NCBI GenBank assembly: GCA_951406725.2
Contig: OX597815.1
Location: forward strand, 14,632,001 to 14,696,000
DNA length: 64,000 bases
Source of the DNA: Octopus vulgaris
Taxonomy: Eukaryota
Direction of reading: 5' to 3'
Part shown: one piece after another, positions 17,474-31,259 of the stretch
How the letters are laid out: the number at the start of each line of letters is the position of its first letter
How positions within the stretch are numbered: the stretch's first letter is position 1
Program-made: the position numbers and the translations under genes
The notes under the pieces: model-generated
Databases searched by the model: none
Seen by the model: only the letters and a program-made list of their open reading frames with translations
What the model was told of the DNA's origin: nothing

Positions 17474-18585
17474 GAGGTTGTCACAGTTCTAGGACAGCAC
17501 TCTTCGCCCTATGAGATGACATCTGGTGTACCACAGGGATCTGTTCTTGGCCCCCTTTTATTTGTTGCATATGTTAATGACATAGATGCCAACTTAAAGA
17601 ATGCCACAGTGCTGAAATATGCAGATGACATCAAGCTGTACCTCGAAATAAAGAGGTCAAATCCTGTACACTATAGATCTCTATTGCAAGCAGACCTGGA
17701 CACAATGCAGCAGTGGATCATGGACTGGCAACTCAAGCTGGCTGAGGACAAATGTACCACCATGCCTTTTGGGAGAAACCCAGCGTCCACCTACTCCCTC
17801 CACAACGCTAGTCTCAAAAAGTCTTCATGTGAACGTGACCTGGGTGTTATTGTCGACAGTGATTTGCGTTGGACAAAACACATCGCTAAAATTGTCAAGA
17901 AGGCTGAGGGTGTCTTGGCATCACTCACCAAATCCTTTGTGAGCCGCACTCCGGCTATACATCTGCGGCTTTATATAGCTATGGTAAGACCTCACCTGGA
18001 ATTTGCATCACTGGTCTGGAACCCTTATCTTGCCCAGGATATCAATCGTCTGGAAGCTGTTCAGCGACGTGCAACCAAAAGAATACCCTCCATCAGGCAT
18101 TTGCCATATCCTGAACGCCTTACTTCCCTGGGCATGGACACATTGAAACTCCGACGTCTGGCAGTTGAAGTGGCAGACACCCATAAAATTATCAACCATC
18201 GTACAAACAATAACTCTGAGCACCTTTTCAAACTCCACCCATCTAACACCCGTGGACATATTTACAAAGTAAGAAAACAGCAGTTCTCATGACTTCAGGA
18301 AACATTTTTTCATGCTGAGAGTTGCTGAAGCATGGAACAAACTGCCGGCATCAGTTGTTAGTTGTCGGAGCACTGCATCCTTCAAAACTTCCATGCTTCC
18401 TGAGATCCGCCAACGCTACACTTGATTTTCTCCCCTCCATACACACACAAGCATGTATCTGACACATACATTGTTCGCTTTCCAGACATTTCTACATTAC
18501 TGCATGTACTTTATATGCACTTTCTGACAAGTTGTGGTGCACCTGAGCACTGTATGCAATAATTTCATTATTATTATATTATTAT
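17474..18585 (+). mobile_element. 5'-truncated CR1/L2-like LINE (RT C-terminal part + 3' UTR + (ATT)n tail)
   Basis: ORF 17516-18292 has GVPQGSVLGPLLF, YADD, ERDLGV, VRPHLEFASLVWNPY and LEAVQRRATK. Ends in cattattattatattatt. Empty site visible at ~9040 and ~31878. Confidence 0.9.
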
Positions 18586-20288
18586 AAAATAAATATTTGC
18601 TCATATTTTTCCAGTTTTCTCATAAACAGAAAAAGATTACATTTTAAAATTTACATGGGCACAATTTCTTATCTGAAACACGAGAAGTGTATACTAAAAA
18701 AATTACCTTATATGTAAAATATAGAGGTCAGAATTTAATGTAACATGGCTTACTCTGAAAACCACATCAGTGGTAACTTGTAAGCCAAGGTGATGGGTCA
18801 GAGAGCCAATACACATGTCAATTTTTAAGATTTGTAAAAAAAACTTAGTTCAAGTAAAAAAAAAAAAACATTACTTTTCACTTTGTATTCACCATCACAA
18901 CAACCACCATCATCTGTCTCTCTCTACCTTTCTTTAACCTCTCCATCAGGACATTACCCACCTTCTAAAATTATATTCCTTACTCTCCTCTATATCACAA
19001 CCTTAACTAAATATGTCCCCCTATCACGTCATACACACTTCTCACTCTTCCCGTCTCACTCATGGCCTTATCCTTTCTCTCCAATCACATGAAAGTGTTA
19101 CTGTCGACCTAAGTATCGTAATGACAAGCAGAATTATTATAAGACCACCTTCCTTTACTTTTCCCACCCTCTCACCCCACTACTCTAACTAACATAAATA
19201 CACCAGTTGAACAAACAAGCTTCTGATTACATATATACACCTACAATATTTTTGTGGGTGGTTTGGATAATATTTTTTGCAAGGTAATTACAAATCACAT
19301 AAGGAGACCGGAGAAAAGTTTGATATTATTTATTCAGCATTACATGTGTTTCATTTCCTAATAGGAATCAAAAGCTTTTAGATGTGTAGAAAACATGAAA
19401 GATATTTCCTATAAGAAATTCTTCAGAGATACATACGTGTGTGTGTGTGTGTGTGTGTGTATCCTTGTCCAGATATTATGTGATGTTCGGAAAGGGCCAT
19501 CATGACCGTCTTGTGCAGTTGTTCATTTCCAGTCCTTCGCGTGAAATATGTCTCACCAGGGAAAATATTTCCTTGCTTGGAAACAGGTGAGCATTGGTCA
19601 CAAGAAAGGTACCCAGATGTAGAAAATCTCCATCAATGAATTCCATCTGATCCACAGAAGCATGAATAGGAGAATGTTAAATGATGAGGATCATCATCAT
19701 CGGGGTTCGTCTTCTGTATGAATGCATTTACATTTCAATAATTGATCATTTTCATAGATTGAGTTATCAGAAAAAGCTTAGGCTACAGTTATATCTTTCA
19801 TATTAATAGGACTGTGTACAAACAATTCACCAATTTGAAAGAATGATTCAGGGTTAACATCACAGTGATATGTTTTCGTTCCTCAGTCAATGCTCTTTTG
19901 ATTCAATAATGGATGATTTCATGTCAAAGATTTACCATAGATGTCACATTCATATAGTTTCTATATTCTGTGGATGTCTTTATGAGATACGTCCTTTGTC
20001 CTTCTGAGGAAATGTTATACAACAAATATCACTGTGTTAGGGACCCACTTCAGAAGGAAAGACTTGTTTAAATCAGAAATGATTTTGTGTAAATGATTTG
20101 CCACAGATATCACTGTGAATTGATTTCTCTTGAATGTGAATGCATTTGAGTATAGTAAAGTGACTGTTTCCAGAGAACATCTTACAATAGATATCACAGG
20201 TATATGGTTTCTACCCTGTATGAATATGTTTGTGTTGAGTTAAGCCACTGTTCTCAGAGAAAGATTTACCACAGATATTACAAGGTTA

Positions 20289-21659
20289 TCATTCCGCCCC
20301 TGTATGAATACACTTGTGTTTAGTTAAGCTGCTGCTTTCGGAGAACGATCTTCCACACATATCACAATGATAACGTTTCTCTCCAGTATGAACCCGTTTG
20401 TGTCGAGTTAAGTGACTGCCATTAGAGAATGATTTACCACAGATATCACAGTGATATGGTTTCTCCCCTGTATGAATACGCTTGTGTTTAGTTAAGACAC
20501 TGTTCTGAGAGAATGATTTACCACAGATATCACAGAAATATGGCTTCTCTCCTGTATGAATACGTTTGTGCGTAGTGAGGGTAGTGTTTTGAGAGAATGA
20601 TATACCACAGATATCACAGTGATATGGTTTCTCCCCCGTATGAATATGTTTGTGCGTAGTTAGGGTAGTGTTGTGAGAGAATGATATACCACAGATATCA
20701 CAGTGATATGGTTTCTCGCCTGTATGAATACGATTGTGCTTAGTTAAGCTGCTGCTTTGAGAGAAAGATTTACCACAGATTTCACAGGAATATGGTTTCT
20801 CCCCTGTATGAGTACGTTTGTGCGTAGTTACGCTACTTCCATCAGAGAAAGATTTACCACAGATATCACAGTGATATGGTTTCCCCCCTGTATGAATACA
20901 TTTGTGAGATGCCAAGCTACTTCCTGAAGTGAAGGATTTACCACAGATATCACAATGATACGGTTTGTCCCCACCGTGAACCCGTCTGTGACTACTTAAG
21001 TTACCTTCTCGATAGAATGATTTACCACAGATATCACAGTGATATGGTTTCTTCCCTGTATGAATGTGTTTGTGAGTTGTCAAGTTACTTCCTGAAGTGA
21101 AGGATCTGCCACAGATATCACAATGATAAGGTTTCTCTCCTGTATGAACCCGTTTGTGTTGAGTTAAGTGACTGCCAATAGAGAATGATTTACCACAGAT
21201 ATCACAGTGATATGGTTTCTCTCCTGTATGAATACGTTTGTGTTGAGTTAAGCTATTCCTGTGACACAATGATTTACCACAAATATCACAGTGATATGGT
21301 TTCTTCCCTGTATGAATGTGTTTGTGAGATGTCAAGTTACTTCCTGAAGTGAAGGATTTACCACAGATATCACAATGATAAGGTTTCTCTCCTGTATGAA
21401 CCCGTTTGTGTCGAGTTAAGTGACTGCCATTAGAGAATGATTTACCACAGATATCACAGTGATATGGTTTCTCCCCTGTATGAATACGTTTGTGTTGAGT
21501 TAAGCTATTCCTGTGAGACAATGATTTACCACTGATATCACAGTGATATGGTGCTTCCCCTGCATGAATTTGTTTGTGTTGATTGAGTTTACTTTCTTCT
21601 AAGAATGACTCTTTGCAGATGTCACAGTCATATGATGATTTTCCTAATTCTTCCGACAT
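20289..21659 (-). CDS. C2H2 zinc-finger protein copy 3 (short type, 456 aa, 16 fingers)
   Basis: Uninterrupted 28-aa C2H2 repeats. ATG at 21659 (MSEELGK) follows a pyrimidine tract/AG; ends HTGAE-TGA. Confidence 0.93.
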   Translation of the reverse strand: MSEELGKSSYDCDICKESFLEESKLNQHKQIHAGEAPYHCDISGKSLSHRNSLTQHKRIHTGEKPYHCDICGKSFSNGSHLTRHKRVHTGEKPYHCDICGKSFTSGSNLTSHKHIHTGKKPYHCDICGKSLCHRNSLTQHKRIHTGEKPYHCDICGKSFSIGSHLTQHKRVHTGEKPYHCDICGRSFTSGSNLTTHKHIHTGKKPYHCDICGKSFYREGNLSSHRRVHGGDKPYHCDICGKSFTSGSSLASHKCIHTGGKPYHCDICGKSFSDGSSVTTHKRTHTGEKPYSCEICGKSFSQSSSLTKHNRIHTGEKPYHCDICGISFSHNTTLTTHKHIHTGEKPYHCDICGISFSQNTTLTTHKRIHTGEKPYFCDICGKSFSQNSVLTKHKRIHTGEKPYHCDICGKSFSNGSHLTRHKRVHTGEKRYHCDMCGRSFSESSSLTKHKCIHTGAE

Positions 21660-22745
21660 CTCTTCAAGAAAAATAAGACTGAACCTTTTAGTTGTACAGA
21701 TCAACAACTTTTCAAAAATATTTCTTCTCTCACCAAAATATATGGATATTTTTCTTCTTTTTGCTTTTATAGCTTATTCCAAACAAATATCACTTCTCTT
21801 ATATTTCTTCTAAATGTGATCAATGCCAATATTTAAAAATGCCGCAAATACTCTTTGGAAATCTATCAAAGTATATTTAAAAGAGAAAATTATCTCTTGC
21901 ACATTTCAGACACAGAAGTAAAGAAATGCTTTCTCTTTCAGAAGAAATATTTTACTGTAACTCAGCAACGTTTTATAGAAGCAGGATTATACGTTTGTCG
22001 AATATCTTTGCAGAGTCTTTTAAACATGAAACACATTGATGATTCTTTAAAAGTAAAAATTACTTTTTAGCCAATTTCATGTGATTTTCTGAAAGAATAC
22101 AAAAGTAATATAAGATATCAAGTATGTTTAAAAGGCAGATATTCAAAAGTGCAAATTTACGACATTTCTTGTTTCAAAAATTTTAGATGTAATTCTTTAT
22201 CTGAACTATTAAATTTATCCAATTTCTGCATTAGCAAAATGTTTATATCATAGAGGATACACATCTATTATAATACCAACTCCTGGAATATAAAGTCTGT
22301 CATAGACACACTTCCACATACACACACACACACACACCAATATACATATAAATGACACTAGATTTCTGATGTTTTCATTGCAGTCTTGTATCTTTGTTTG
22401 CTAAAATAGATATCGCTCTTTCCCTAACTTCATCATCATCATCGTTTAACATCTGCTTTCCACGCTGGCATGGGTTGTGAGGTTTGACTGAGGACTGGCA
22501 AGCCATGAGGTTGAACAAGGTTTCAATCTTATCAGGCAAGATTTCTACAGCTGGATGCTGTTTGAGTGTGTAGCGGTTGCCTTTTATATGTGCCACGGAG
22601 CCAGTCAGGTAGCATTGGTATCGACTATGCTTGAATGGTGCCTTTTAACGTGCCACCGGCACGGGTGCAAGTCAGGCAGCACTAGCATCAATCATGTTCA
22701 AATGGTACTTTTTACATGCTACCTGCATGGGAGCCATATATACAA

Positions 22746-22798
<53 letters not shown>

Positions 22799-24335
22799 TA
22801 GCTCAACGTTAATATTTTGCTGAGCATAAAAGATGAATAAATGTCAGTAAATAATATTGATGTCTCACTAACAGCATCAAAATCTTTGTGGGGAAATTTT
22901 AATGTAGGAAAAATTATTGGTTGATGTGGAGAATGAAAGCCAGATTCCTCCAAAGAGTTTGGCGCGTCCTGAAGAAGGCAATGTGCTGTTGAAATGGCCA
23001 CCACGTTCACCTGAGCTGACACCTTGCCATTTCTTTCTCGGGAGGGCCTAGTCTATGTCTCCCCTCTTCCTGCAAGCCCAGAGGAACTTAAGCAGAGAAT
23101 TATTACCATACTGGTCGTGAGATGTGCGAAAAATAACAGTTCAATAGCTCATAAATCACAGTTCATTTTTTTGCATGACCGAACGAATTCTCGTACGCAG
23201 AAATTTCTGAAAATTCCTCCAAATAAAAATATGTGACGAGGGATTATATTAGGTGCTTCAAGCAGCACTACACACACACAAAAATTAAATTAATTAGAAA
23301 ACCATATTAATTCTAACTTTTAATGATGCAGAAGAACCACCAGAAATAAAGACTTCCTATGTTTCAAATATAAAAGCTTTTCCATTTCCTCTCGATACGA
23401 TATTTGCTTTTCGTTTCAGTATTTCAAGTGCACACTCGTATTTTTATACATTCCCCATTTCTAACTAATTACATCGTAATTTTCCCGCATTTAACGAAAT
23501 TGTCGAATTTACACGTTAGAAAGAAAGATAAATGTTATCTAAACAAGGGATTGATCCGACGTTTTTACAAATAATTTAGAAAATAACCAAAAGTGCAATG
23601 AAATGTCTAAAAGAAAACGACAACACAATAAAAGTATTAAAATTACAGCCTTTCGTATAATTTCGTCTTAGTGAGATTCTTTTTTCTTTTTAACTTTCTC
23701 AACACATCGAAACAAATAAATGTACATAATACGACACATATATAATAGAAATGTTTAAATAAATACTTACATAGTAATAGATATGGAGAGAAAGAGTGAA
23801 GGAGGACGATATGAGAACTGGAGTCTGAGTGGACAACGACAGCTTCAAGAGAATTTCTAGATTTCTACAACATACGTTAATTAATATTTTTCAGGTCCAC
23901 ATAATCGTAAATGGGGTATCTGTTTCTTTAGACAGTTAATTACCAATCACTTGTATATATTTGATTGGATTTTCTCTTAAATATCAGTTGTCAAGTGGAA
24001 CTGATCAAGCAATCAAGGTGCGTGGGAAACAAGAACAAGAACTACACTTAATGAGGAAGAACAACGGGAACTAACTCCATATTTCTTTATTATGATTATA
24101 CAATCGTTACATAGAAGGACAAATCCAGGACATACATGCAAAAAACAGTTAAGAGGTTCGATTAAAAATTTTCCATAACATTTGGATTATTCATTATAAA
24201 AATTCGTCTGTAAATTGTCCTTTACATGACCAATAGAATATTATAACATTTCATAAACTTTCGATCTTACCGAAGTTTTAAACCCCGGCAATTTATAAGG
24301 CCCCGCAGCTTTTGTTTCCTCTCCTCCCTCCATGA

Positions 24336-27300
24336 TTAAGCTGGGTTTCTGACACCCACCTTTTTTTCCACTTCCTTCCATCTTTTCTCATACACACCCC
24401 GTGGTAAGATCCTCTTTTCCAGCCCCATTTTGCTCTTCAGATGATATCTGAAGTAAGTGAGCAAGCCGGGGCCCGAGACAAAGGATCCTATCGCGACTCC
24501 TTCCATTCTTGTACGCCACATGCATTCTTTTACTACTGCAACCGTGCAGTGAAAACATGCCTCACCTTCCTTCGAGAGTCCAGTTGGCGGTATCATCTTA
24601 ATCATAGACTCAGCCGACAGCTGTACTCGTCCCAGATGCGATAACACGTGTTCTGCGTAACTTATCAAGTCGGACAACTTCCGACAGTGTACAAAAGCGT
24701 GTTGGACGGTTTCATCGTCCAACTCGCACCTTGGACACGTCGGTGGCACTGAAATTCCGTGCCGCGATAACTTCTCGCGAACAGGTAAAGCATTCCTATA
24801 GCACTGCCAGGCCAGGGATCTTTGGAAATTATCCAAATACCCCGTCCTGAAAGTCTTTTTAAACAGGTTGGTAAGCTGGTCTTCGTCAAACCCCAGAGCC
24901 CCTCCTAGGACGTCGTCGTTCTTTGCCTCTACCAGCCTTCTATAAAATACCGAGGTGGTATTTCCGCAGCCGGCCTTGCCCGCCTTGTGGATCAGCGTGA
25001 GTGCCTGTCGGCACTCCTTTTGCCATAAAGTCAGTTTCCATCTTTTGATGCGACCGAGTTTAAAATTCACTAAGGAGGCCGGTCTCGGGAAAAATTCCCC
25101 TGCCAGCGGACTCCACACCTTATCACCCTCCAGGTGGTGCCAGAGATGCTTCAGCCTCAACGCATGTCTGCGCATCATCAACCAAGGCATTCCTAACCCA
25201 CCCTTTAACGGTTCCTGGCAGCAAACGGAGCGCCTCACAAGTGGCTTTCCTCCCTTCCACAAAAAGCGGAAAAGGATTCGCTCCAACTTGCTAAGCCATG
25301 AATCGGGGCAAGGGACAACGGTCAGGCGGTAAGTGATTACAGATGCAATGAACATCTGTACCACCTCCACCCTTCCTTTCAAGGACAGAAACCTTCCGGA
25401 CCAGGTCCGTACTATGGCCTCCACCTTGCTCGTCACCTCACTCCAGTTCCTCTCCGTTTGGGAGTCTGGCCCAAACCAAACTCCTAGCAACTTAACAGGG
25501 CCATCCGTCCAGTGTCCCACGACACTGGACGATATCAACTTGCTCCTCCAAGTGCCGAGGCGCAAGCCAACCGACTTGTCCTTGTTAACCTTTGCTCCTG
25601 CCACCGCCTCGTATCCTCTGATAGCCTCTTCCACACAAGGTAGCTGGGCCTCATTGGACACGATGAGGGTGACGTCATCCGCATAAGCAGTAACCGTCCT
25701 CCCACCTCCGATCTCATCCGATTTACTTCCCAGCCTCTCCAACTTTCGCAGCAATGGCTCAAGAGCCAACACGTACAAAAGTGGTGACAAGGGGCACCCT
25801 TGACGAACTGAACATTCGATCGAAAACGGTTCCGTTAGGTAACCGTTTATCTGGACGGTGGACTTGATGCCGCTATACATAGCGGAGATCCACCCGCGAA
25901 ATTCAGGGCCCAGTCCAGCCGCTTCGAGGACCGTCGCCAGGTACTCATGGTCTACCCTATCGAACGCTTTACTTTGGTCTAAATGGACCATTACCCCGCC
26001 CTTGCCGGTTAATTTACCCACCCTATCTAAGGTGTAGCGTATAAGGTGAAGATTGTCCTGGATCGACCTGCCTGGGATTGCACATGTCTGTGCTCTCCCT
26101 ACAAGTTTCTCCACGACAACCGTCAACCTTTTTGCCAACACCTTGGCCAAAATCTTTAACTCTACATTAAGTAGAGTTATGGGCCTGTAGTTACTAATGT
26201 TATCCCCCTTGCTCGGGTCTTTCTGGATTAGCGTCACCACTCCCCGGCTTACAGAACTGGGAATTCTCCCATTCTGCTGCCAGTTCGTGTAGACGCCTGC
26301 CAATATTCCCCCGAACAAGTCCGGCATACTTTGGTAAAACTCGTAGGGCAGACCATCCAACCCCGGCGACTTCTCCCCGGCGCATCCGGCCAGTATCCCC
26401 TCTATCTCCGCGGGAGTGATCGCTTCTTCACAGCACTCCACCTCACGCCCCGAGAGCCGCGGTCCGCCGGCTAGGAAGTCCTTTAAGGTCCTCCCCCGCT
26501 CCGGCGCCACACCACCCCCGAACACGCGGGTGAAATGCTGGTGAAGAAACTTTTGCATCTCCTCCTGTCCATAGATCTTTTGTCCCTGTTCGTCAGTTAA
26601 AGACTTGATTGAGGCTTTGTTACCTCTCTGACTCTCCACTCGACGGGCCCATCCGGCAACGTTAATACCTTCTCGTTTCCCAGCGCGTAGCTTAGCTCTG
26701 ACTCTGCAACCTTCGTGTTTGGAGTTAAGGTGACGGTACAATACCGTCCTTGCCGCCATCACTCCGGATGCAGAGCCAGCTTCCATTGCCTCGTTTAGAT
26801 TCTTAACTAAATCGTCCTCTATCCTAGACCTATCTAACCTTAGCTGATTGCTAAATCTAATGGACTCTGAACGAATGGCTCTTTGAGGGAGTGCCACCAT
26901 CTATTGTTAATGATGGTGCCACACAATGCCCTCTGTACTAACACCTTAATCCGGGTACGGAAGTCTTCACAATTCAAAATAGCCTTGTTCAGCTTCCAGT
27001 ACCCGGGTCCCTGTCTATGACACTTGTCTAATTGCATCCTACACGTCACAAATTTGTGATCCGTGTAAGGCACAATGTGAAACTGTGGACAACTAAACGT
27101 ATCCTTATCTCTTTTCTTAATAAATATCCTATCTAAATACGATCTGTGTGAGCCGTCGTTGTTACTCCATGTCCACTGTGGAACGCTCGGCTCATCCAGT
27201 CGGTAACGGTCCACTAGATCAAAGCTCTCTAGTAGACCCTTGAGGCTAGGGTTCCCCTTCCTATTGGTTGAGCCAACACTGTCGACCCGCGCTTCAAGGA

Positions 27301-27722
27301 CAGTGTTAAAGTCCCCTATTAAGATTACCGTTTTCGACGTCGCTAAAAAGGGCTCCAGGTTCCGAAAAACCCGTCTGTCTACACTCATTCGGAGCGTAGA
27401 CAGCTACCAACCTGAAGGACTGTTTACTTACGTGGGTCACATCCAGAACAACCAGCCTGCCTTCTGGGTCCAGAAAGACAGTACTTACCTGCAAGTCCAA
27501 GCTCTTCCTGATAAGGACTGCCACGCCTCTGCCTCTTCCTCGGCTAGGAGAAATAAATTTCTCGAACCCATTTAGAAGAGGCGAGAACGCTTGGGCCTCG
27601 TTCATCTTGGACTCGGTTGCAATAGCTATGTCCACTCCATGTGTCGTGAGGTCGTTCAGGAAACAAATTTGTTTCCATTTCGTCCCCATTCCACGTACAT
27701 TCACACAACCCAGCTTAGCCAT
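24336..27722 (-). pseudogene. LINE ORF2 (APE endonuclease + reverse transcriptase + C-terminal Zn finger), two frameshifts (~27375, ~26885)
   Basis: APE motifs NVRG, VYAPN, LIGDFN, SYLDRIF, TDH. RT motifs KSPGLDG, NYRPITLLN, KAFDRV, RQGCPLSPLLY, YADD. C-terminal CPRC..ETVQHAFVHC. Confidence 0.92.
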
Positions 27723-29186
27723 TGTCGGTGAGAGAAAAAATAAATGAACTTACGGTTGAGAAAGGGAGTATGACAGTTTAAATCTGCCCGCTTCCCTTCT
27801 TCCTCCCTTGTGGTCGTAGCTGCAGGGCTCTTAACCGGCGTTGCCACCGGGCTCTGGGTAGGTGTGGTTGCCGGGGTTATAACAAGTTTACCCTCCAGTA
27901 CTTCCTTTGTTACGTCTCTTATCAGTCTATTCTTTAGATGTTCTTGTAGTATTTCCTCCTTCCACTCGTCTTCCTTTATTTTTGCGAAGCGAGTGGTTGC
28001 TTTTATGTCTGTAGCCTTGCTAAATAGTTTAAATTTGGAAAATTTAAAGTATTTATATACCCTCTCGTTTTTTTCATCAAATGCAATGATCTTATCATTT
28101 TTTTTTAAAGACTTTTTCACATCTTGTTTTATGGGGAGGGGCTTGGCGAACTGTTTTCCAATGAATACAGTGCCGTGGGGGTAGGGCTGGGGAATTTGCT
28201 TTGTGTGTATGTCTGCGGTGCTTGCTGATTTTTTCCTTGTTTGAGGAGGGGAGTCCAGGGTGTTATCCTTCTTTCCTCTGTGTGTCACCCGTGTGCAATC
28301 CATCCGCTCGACACAATCCTCCGCCTCTGTTTCCCTGCCCGTCGTCGTCCTGCTCTCCCCCTCCGCCCTCTCCCCTTCAGTGCTTGAAGCACCTTGAGGA
28401 GGGGCCTCGTTGTCTTTCCTCTCCTTTAAGCAGCTCGAGCGGACGTGACCCCTCTCGCCACACTCAAAACACCTAGGTCTGCGCCCCTCCACTGACACTC
28501 CCATGGACGCTCCATCCTCATCAAACATCCCATCGGGCAGGCTTTCCAACATCTTGTTCTCCGCCTTAACGAGGAGCTCCAGCGTCCGTCCCCTCCAGCG
28601 CACCTCCTCCCTCCCTCTCATCCGCAGAATCGAAACCTCCCGCTCAACATTGCGCAGGACCGCCGCTGCCACCCACACTATATCACACCCTCTCGGTACG
28701 CCCTCCACCAGCAGCTCAGCCGCTCCCCACCCCCATACACGAGGGCAGCAACATGATATCATCATTTTTCAGGGTCACAGATGACACCTCTCCTGCCACC
28801 TCAGCCGAGTCAAAATGTGATTCAACAGCAGCGCTGCGAGCACCTCGAACGACACGGCGAATCCCGTCCCACACCGGGGACAAGCACTCCTCGACCATCG
28901 CGCTTCTAACGTCCATAATTTTCCCCTCCTTGCAGCTATACACCTTGTATACAACTGTTCCTTCCTCCACCTCTTGCACCTTCGCCTGCGGCTGCACAAG
29001 CTCGATTTCGCCTCCCTCCACCTTTACAAAGTTCCCAAATTCGAACAGCTGTTCGATCCTGGATTCAACGTCCATCATGGTTCCGCCCACCGCGGCCGAA
29101 AAAGACCGTTTTGCCACTTCAGTGTCCCCCAATTCACCCGCTCCCATCGCGGGAAAATCATTCCTCGACGCCAAGTCGAAATCCAT
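27701..29186 (-). pseudogene. LINE ORF1 (gag-like nucleic-acid-binding protein) with one frameshift at ~28730
   Basis: ORFs 28716-29186 and 27701-28765 join; zinc knuckle CFECGERGHVRSSC; Pro/Thr-rich C-terminus. Confidence 0.8.
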
Positions 29187-31259
29187 TTCTCAAAAATGTT
29201 TCAAAAACCACCTCGAAGGCAACAACAATTTCAAACACAGAATTCTCCGCCCCGCAGGGCGAAAACCACCGCTACACAACGGGCACCGTTCAATCAACAA
29301 CCAACACAAACAACGATGAGCAAAAAATCGAACTCTCTCAACAAAAGGCAGCAAATTTCTCAAAACGCAGATGAAAGTTTAAGGGAACTAACTCCGGTCT
29401 TTAAAGAATTGCGGCTCTACTTTAATAGATTTGGGATTTTGTGAAAGAGATTTCTTCAATATTCGGCTTCATCACTGTTATGTGTTGTTTTCTTCTAATG
29501 GGATAAACAACTCAATACGAAGCATAGTTATTCTTTTACGTGTTTAATTACTTTTTCATGTTACGCGAACTGGACTACATTCCGCGCGGCGACACCGATA
29601 TAACTTTAGACACAGCGTAGTAATACTTATAAAATAGTGCCAAAAGCGGGGACGTATTCCACACACACACACACCCACGCATATATATGAACGTGTAACA
29701 TCCCTTTTTTTTTGAAAAAAAAAAAGGGGTCTTTTGGCAGTGAAGACAAATATAGTAGTCTCCCTTACTCTAATATATTGTCAGCGCGAGGTGGAAATCC
29801 TGCAGCAGAAACCGTGAGATTATTCTGCCTCTGCTTTGTAATCGAGCAGAATTAGTTACTTGTCTTTTCATTTATTTTGAAAAAACTTTATCATGAATAA
29901 AAAGAGAAAATATTTACGTTTTTTAAAATCAAAATATACCATTGGTTTTAATTGCCTAAAAAAAATTTTCCGATTAATTATTCCACCGCTGCCACCATGT
30001 TATGTTTTATTTCGTTCTAATGGGATATACATCTCAATACGAAGCCATAGTTATTCTTTTACGTGTTTAATTACCTTTTCATGTTACACGAACTGGACTA
30101 CATTCAGCGTAGTGATACATATATACTTTAGACAGTTCATACTGTCACAAACAAAATAGTGCCAAAAGTGGGGATGTATTCTACTTACGTATACCTGCGT
30201 ATTCACACAGATATGAATGTGTCACACTGTGGTTTAAAGTTTGATCATTCTTACCCATTAAGAAAACAATATTTGGAAGCTGTCATTTTGTTCATGTAAA
30301 AAAGGGGAGTGAAATGTCAAATTATTGAGATTTTGGACTTTTTACAGGTTACTTCATACGATTCTGCAAATACGTAATATAAAAAAAAACTTTGTTCAAT
30401 TAAAAACAAATTACTTTTAACTATGCACTGTCCATCACCATTTCCTCCACCACAACCATCATCTCTCTCTCTCTCTCTTTGTGCCTCAAATCTCACCATC
30501 AGAACATCACCACTCTGCTAAAATTATATTGCTAACTTCTCTATATCATCAACTTCAACTAACTTTTTTAACGATGTAAGAAATATTGTTCCCCTCTATC
30601 ACATATCATGTACACTTCTCTCTGTCCCTCTTTCTATCTTACTCTTTGCTTTAATATATGGGTGCTTGAAACTCTCAGATAAGAATTGCTGGGACCAGTA
30701 TTCCATTTGGGACATGCTTTTGAAATGGAAAGAAAGCATGCCCTTTTTTTGGAACGACTTCTGACTGGAGACGAAAAATGGATTGCATGCTTAATGTTGT
30801 GCAAAACTGATCCTGGAATTTGCAGAAATATCCCCCAAGCAACCAAAGATGAATATCCATGGCAACAAACCCATCCTTTGTGTTTGGTGGAATCATAAAG
30901 GCATTAATATGACCTTCTCCCGTAAAACCAGACCATTCATTCTGATGTGTTCTGTCATCAACTGGCTAATTCGAACCAAAATATATCAAAGAACTGCGGC
31001 TGGAGATTACCAACAGAAAAGCATTAGTCTTCCAACAAGACAATGCCCGGCCATTGTCTAATAGAAAGGATTCACCCTAACTCCCTCATATTCCTTATAG
31101 TCTTCATTGTTATCATTTTCATGTCGTATGTTTTTGAATCCAATATTCTTTCATCAGATGCATCCTTAATTGAATTCTTTTCTTTTTGCTTTGCATCTCT
31201 TACAGATTTAAGTCTTTAATTTTATAAATATATATTTATATAATCTTTTAGCTGTTTAT

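Larger units (their letters stand above)
24079..29382 (-). mobile_element. Full-length non-LTR retrotransposon, L1/Tx1 clade (5.3 kb)
   Basis: 13-bp TSD GGGAACTAACTCC at 24066-24078 and 29383-29395, with the empty site in other units (e.g. ~6550). ORF1 has a CCHC knuckle; ORF2 has APE, RT and a C-terminal Zn motif. AATAAA at the 3' end. Visibly more GC-rich than the flanks. Confidence 0.93.

Noticed and set aside
17516-18292. Conserved 258-aa RT ORF next to ZNF genes as a domesticated or DGR/retron-like reverse transcriptase
   Set aside because: It lacks the N-terminal RT motifs and endonuclease, appears frameshifted near its C-terminus, ends in a LINE tail, and has empty sites in other units. 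Identity among copies is explained by recent duplication.
21660-21707. N-terminal extension [16 protein letters not shown] in ORF calls for copies 3-6
   Set aside because: Starts at a non-ATG codon, overlaps the pyrimidine tract/acceptor and is closed by a TAA in copies 1, 2 and 7; most likely intron.
24441-29444. Plus-strand and alternative-frame ORFs inside the LINE
   Set aside because: Expected in GC-rich coding sequence; no recognisable domains.
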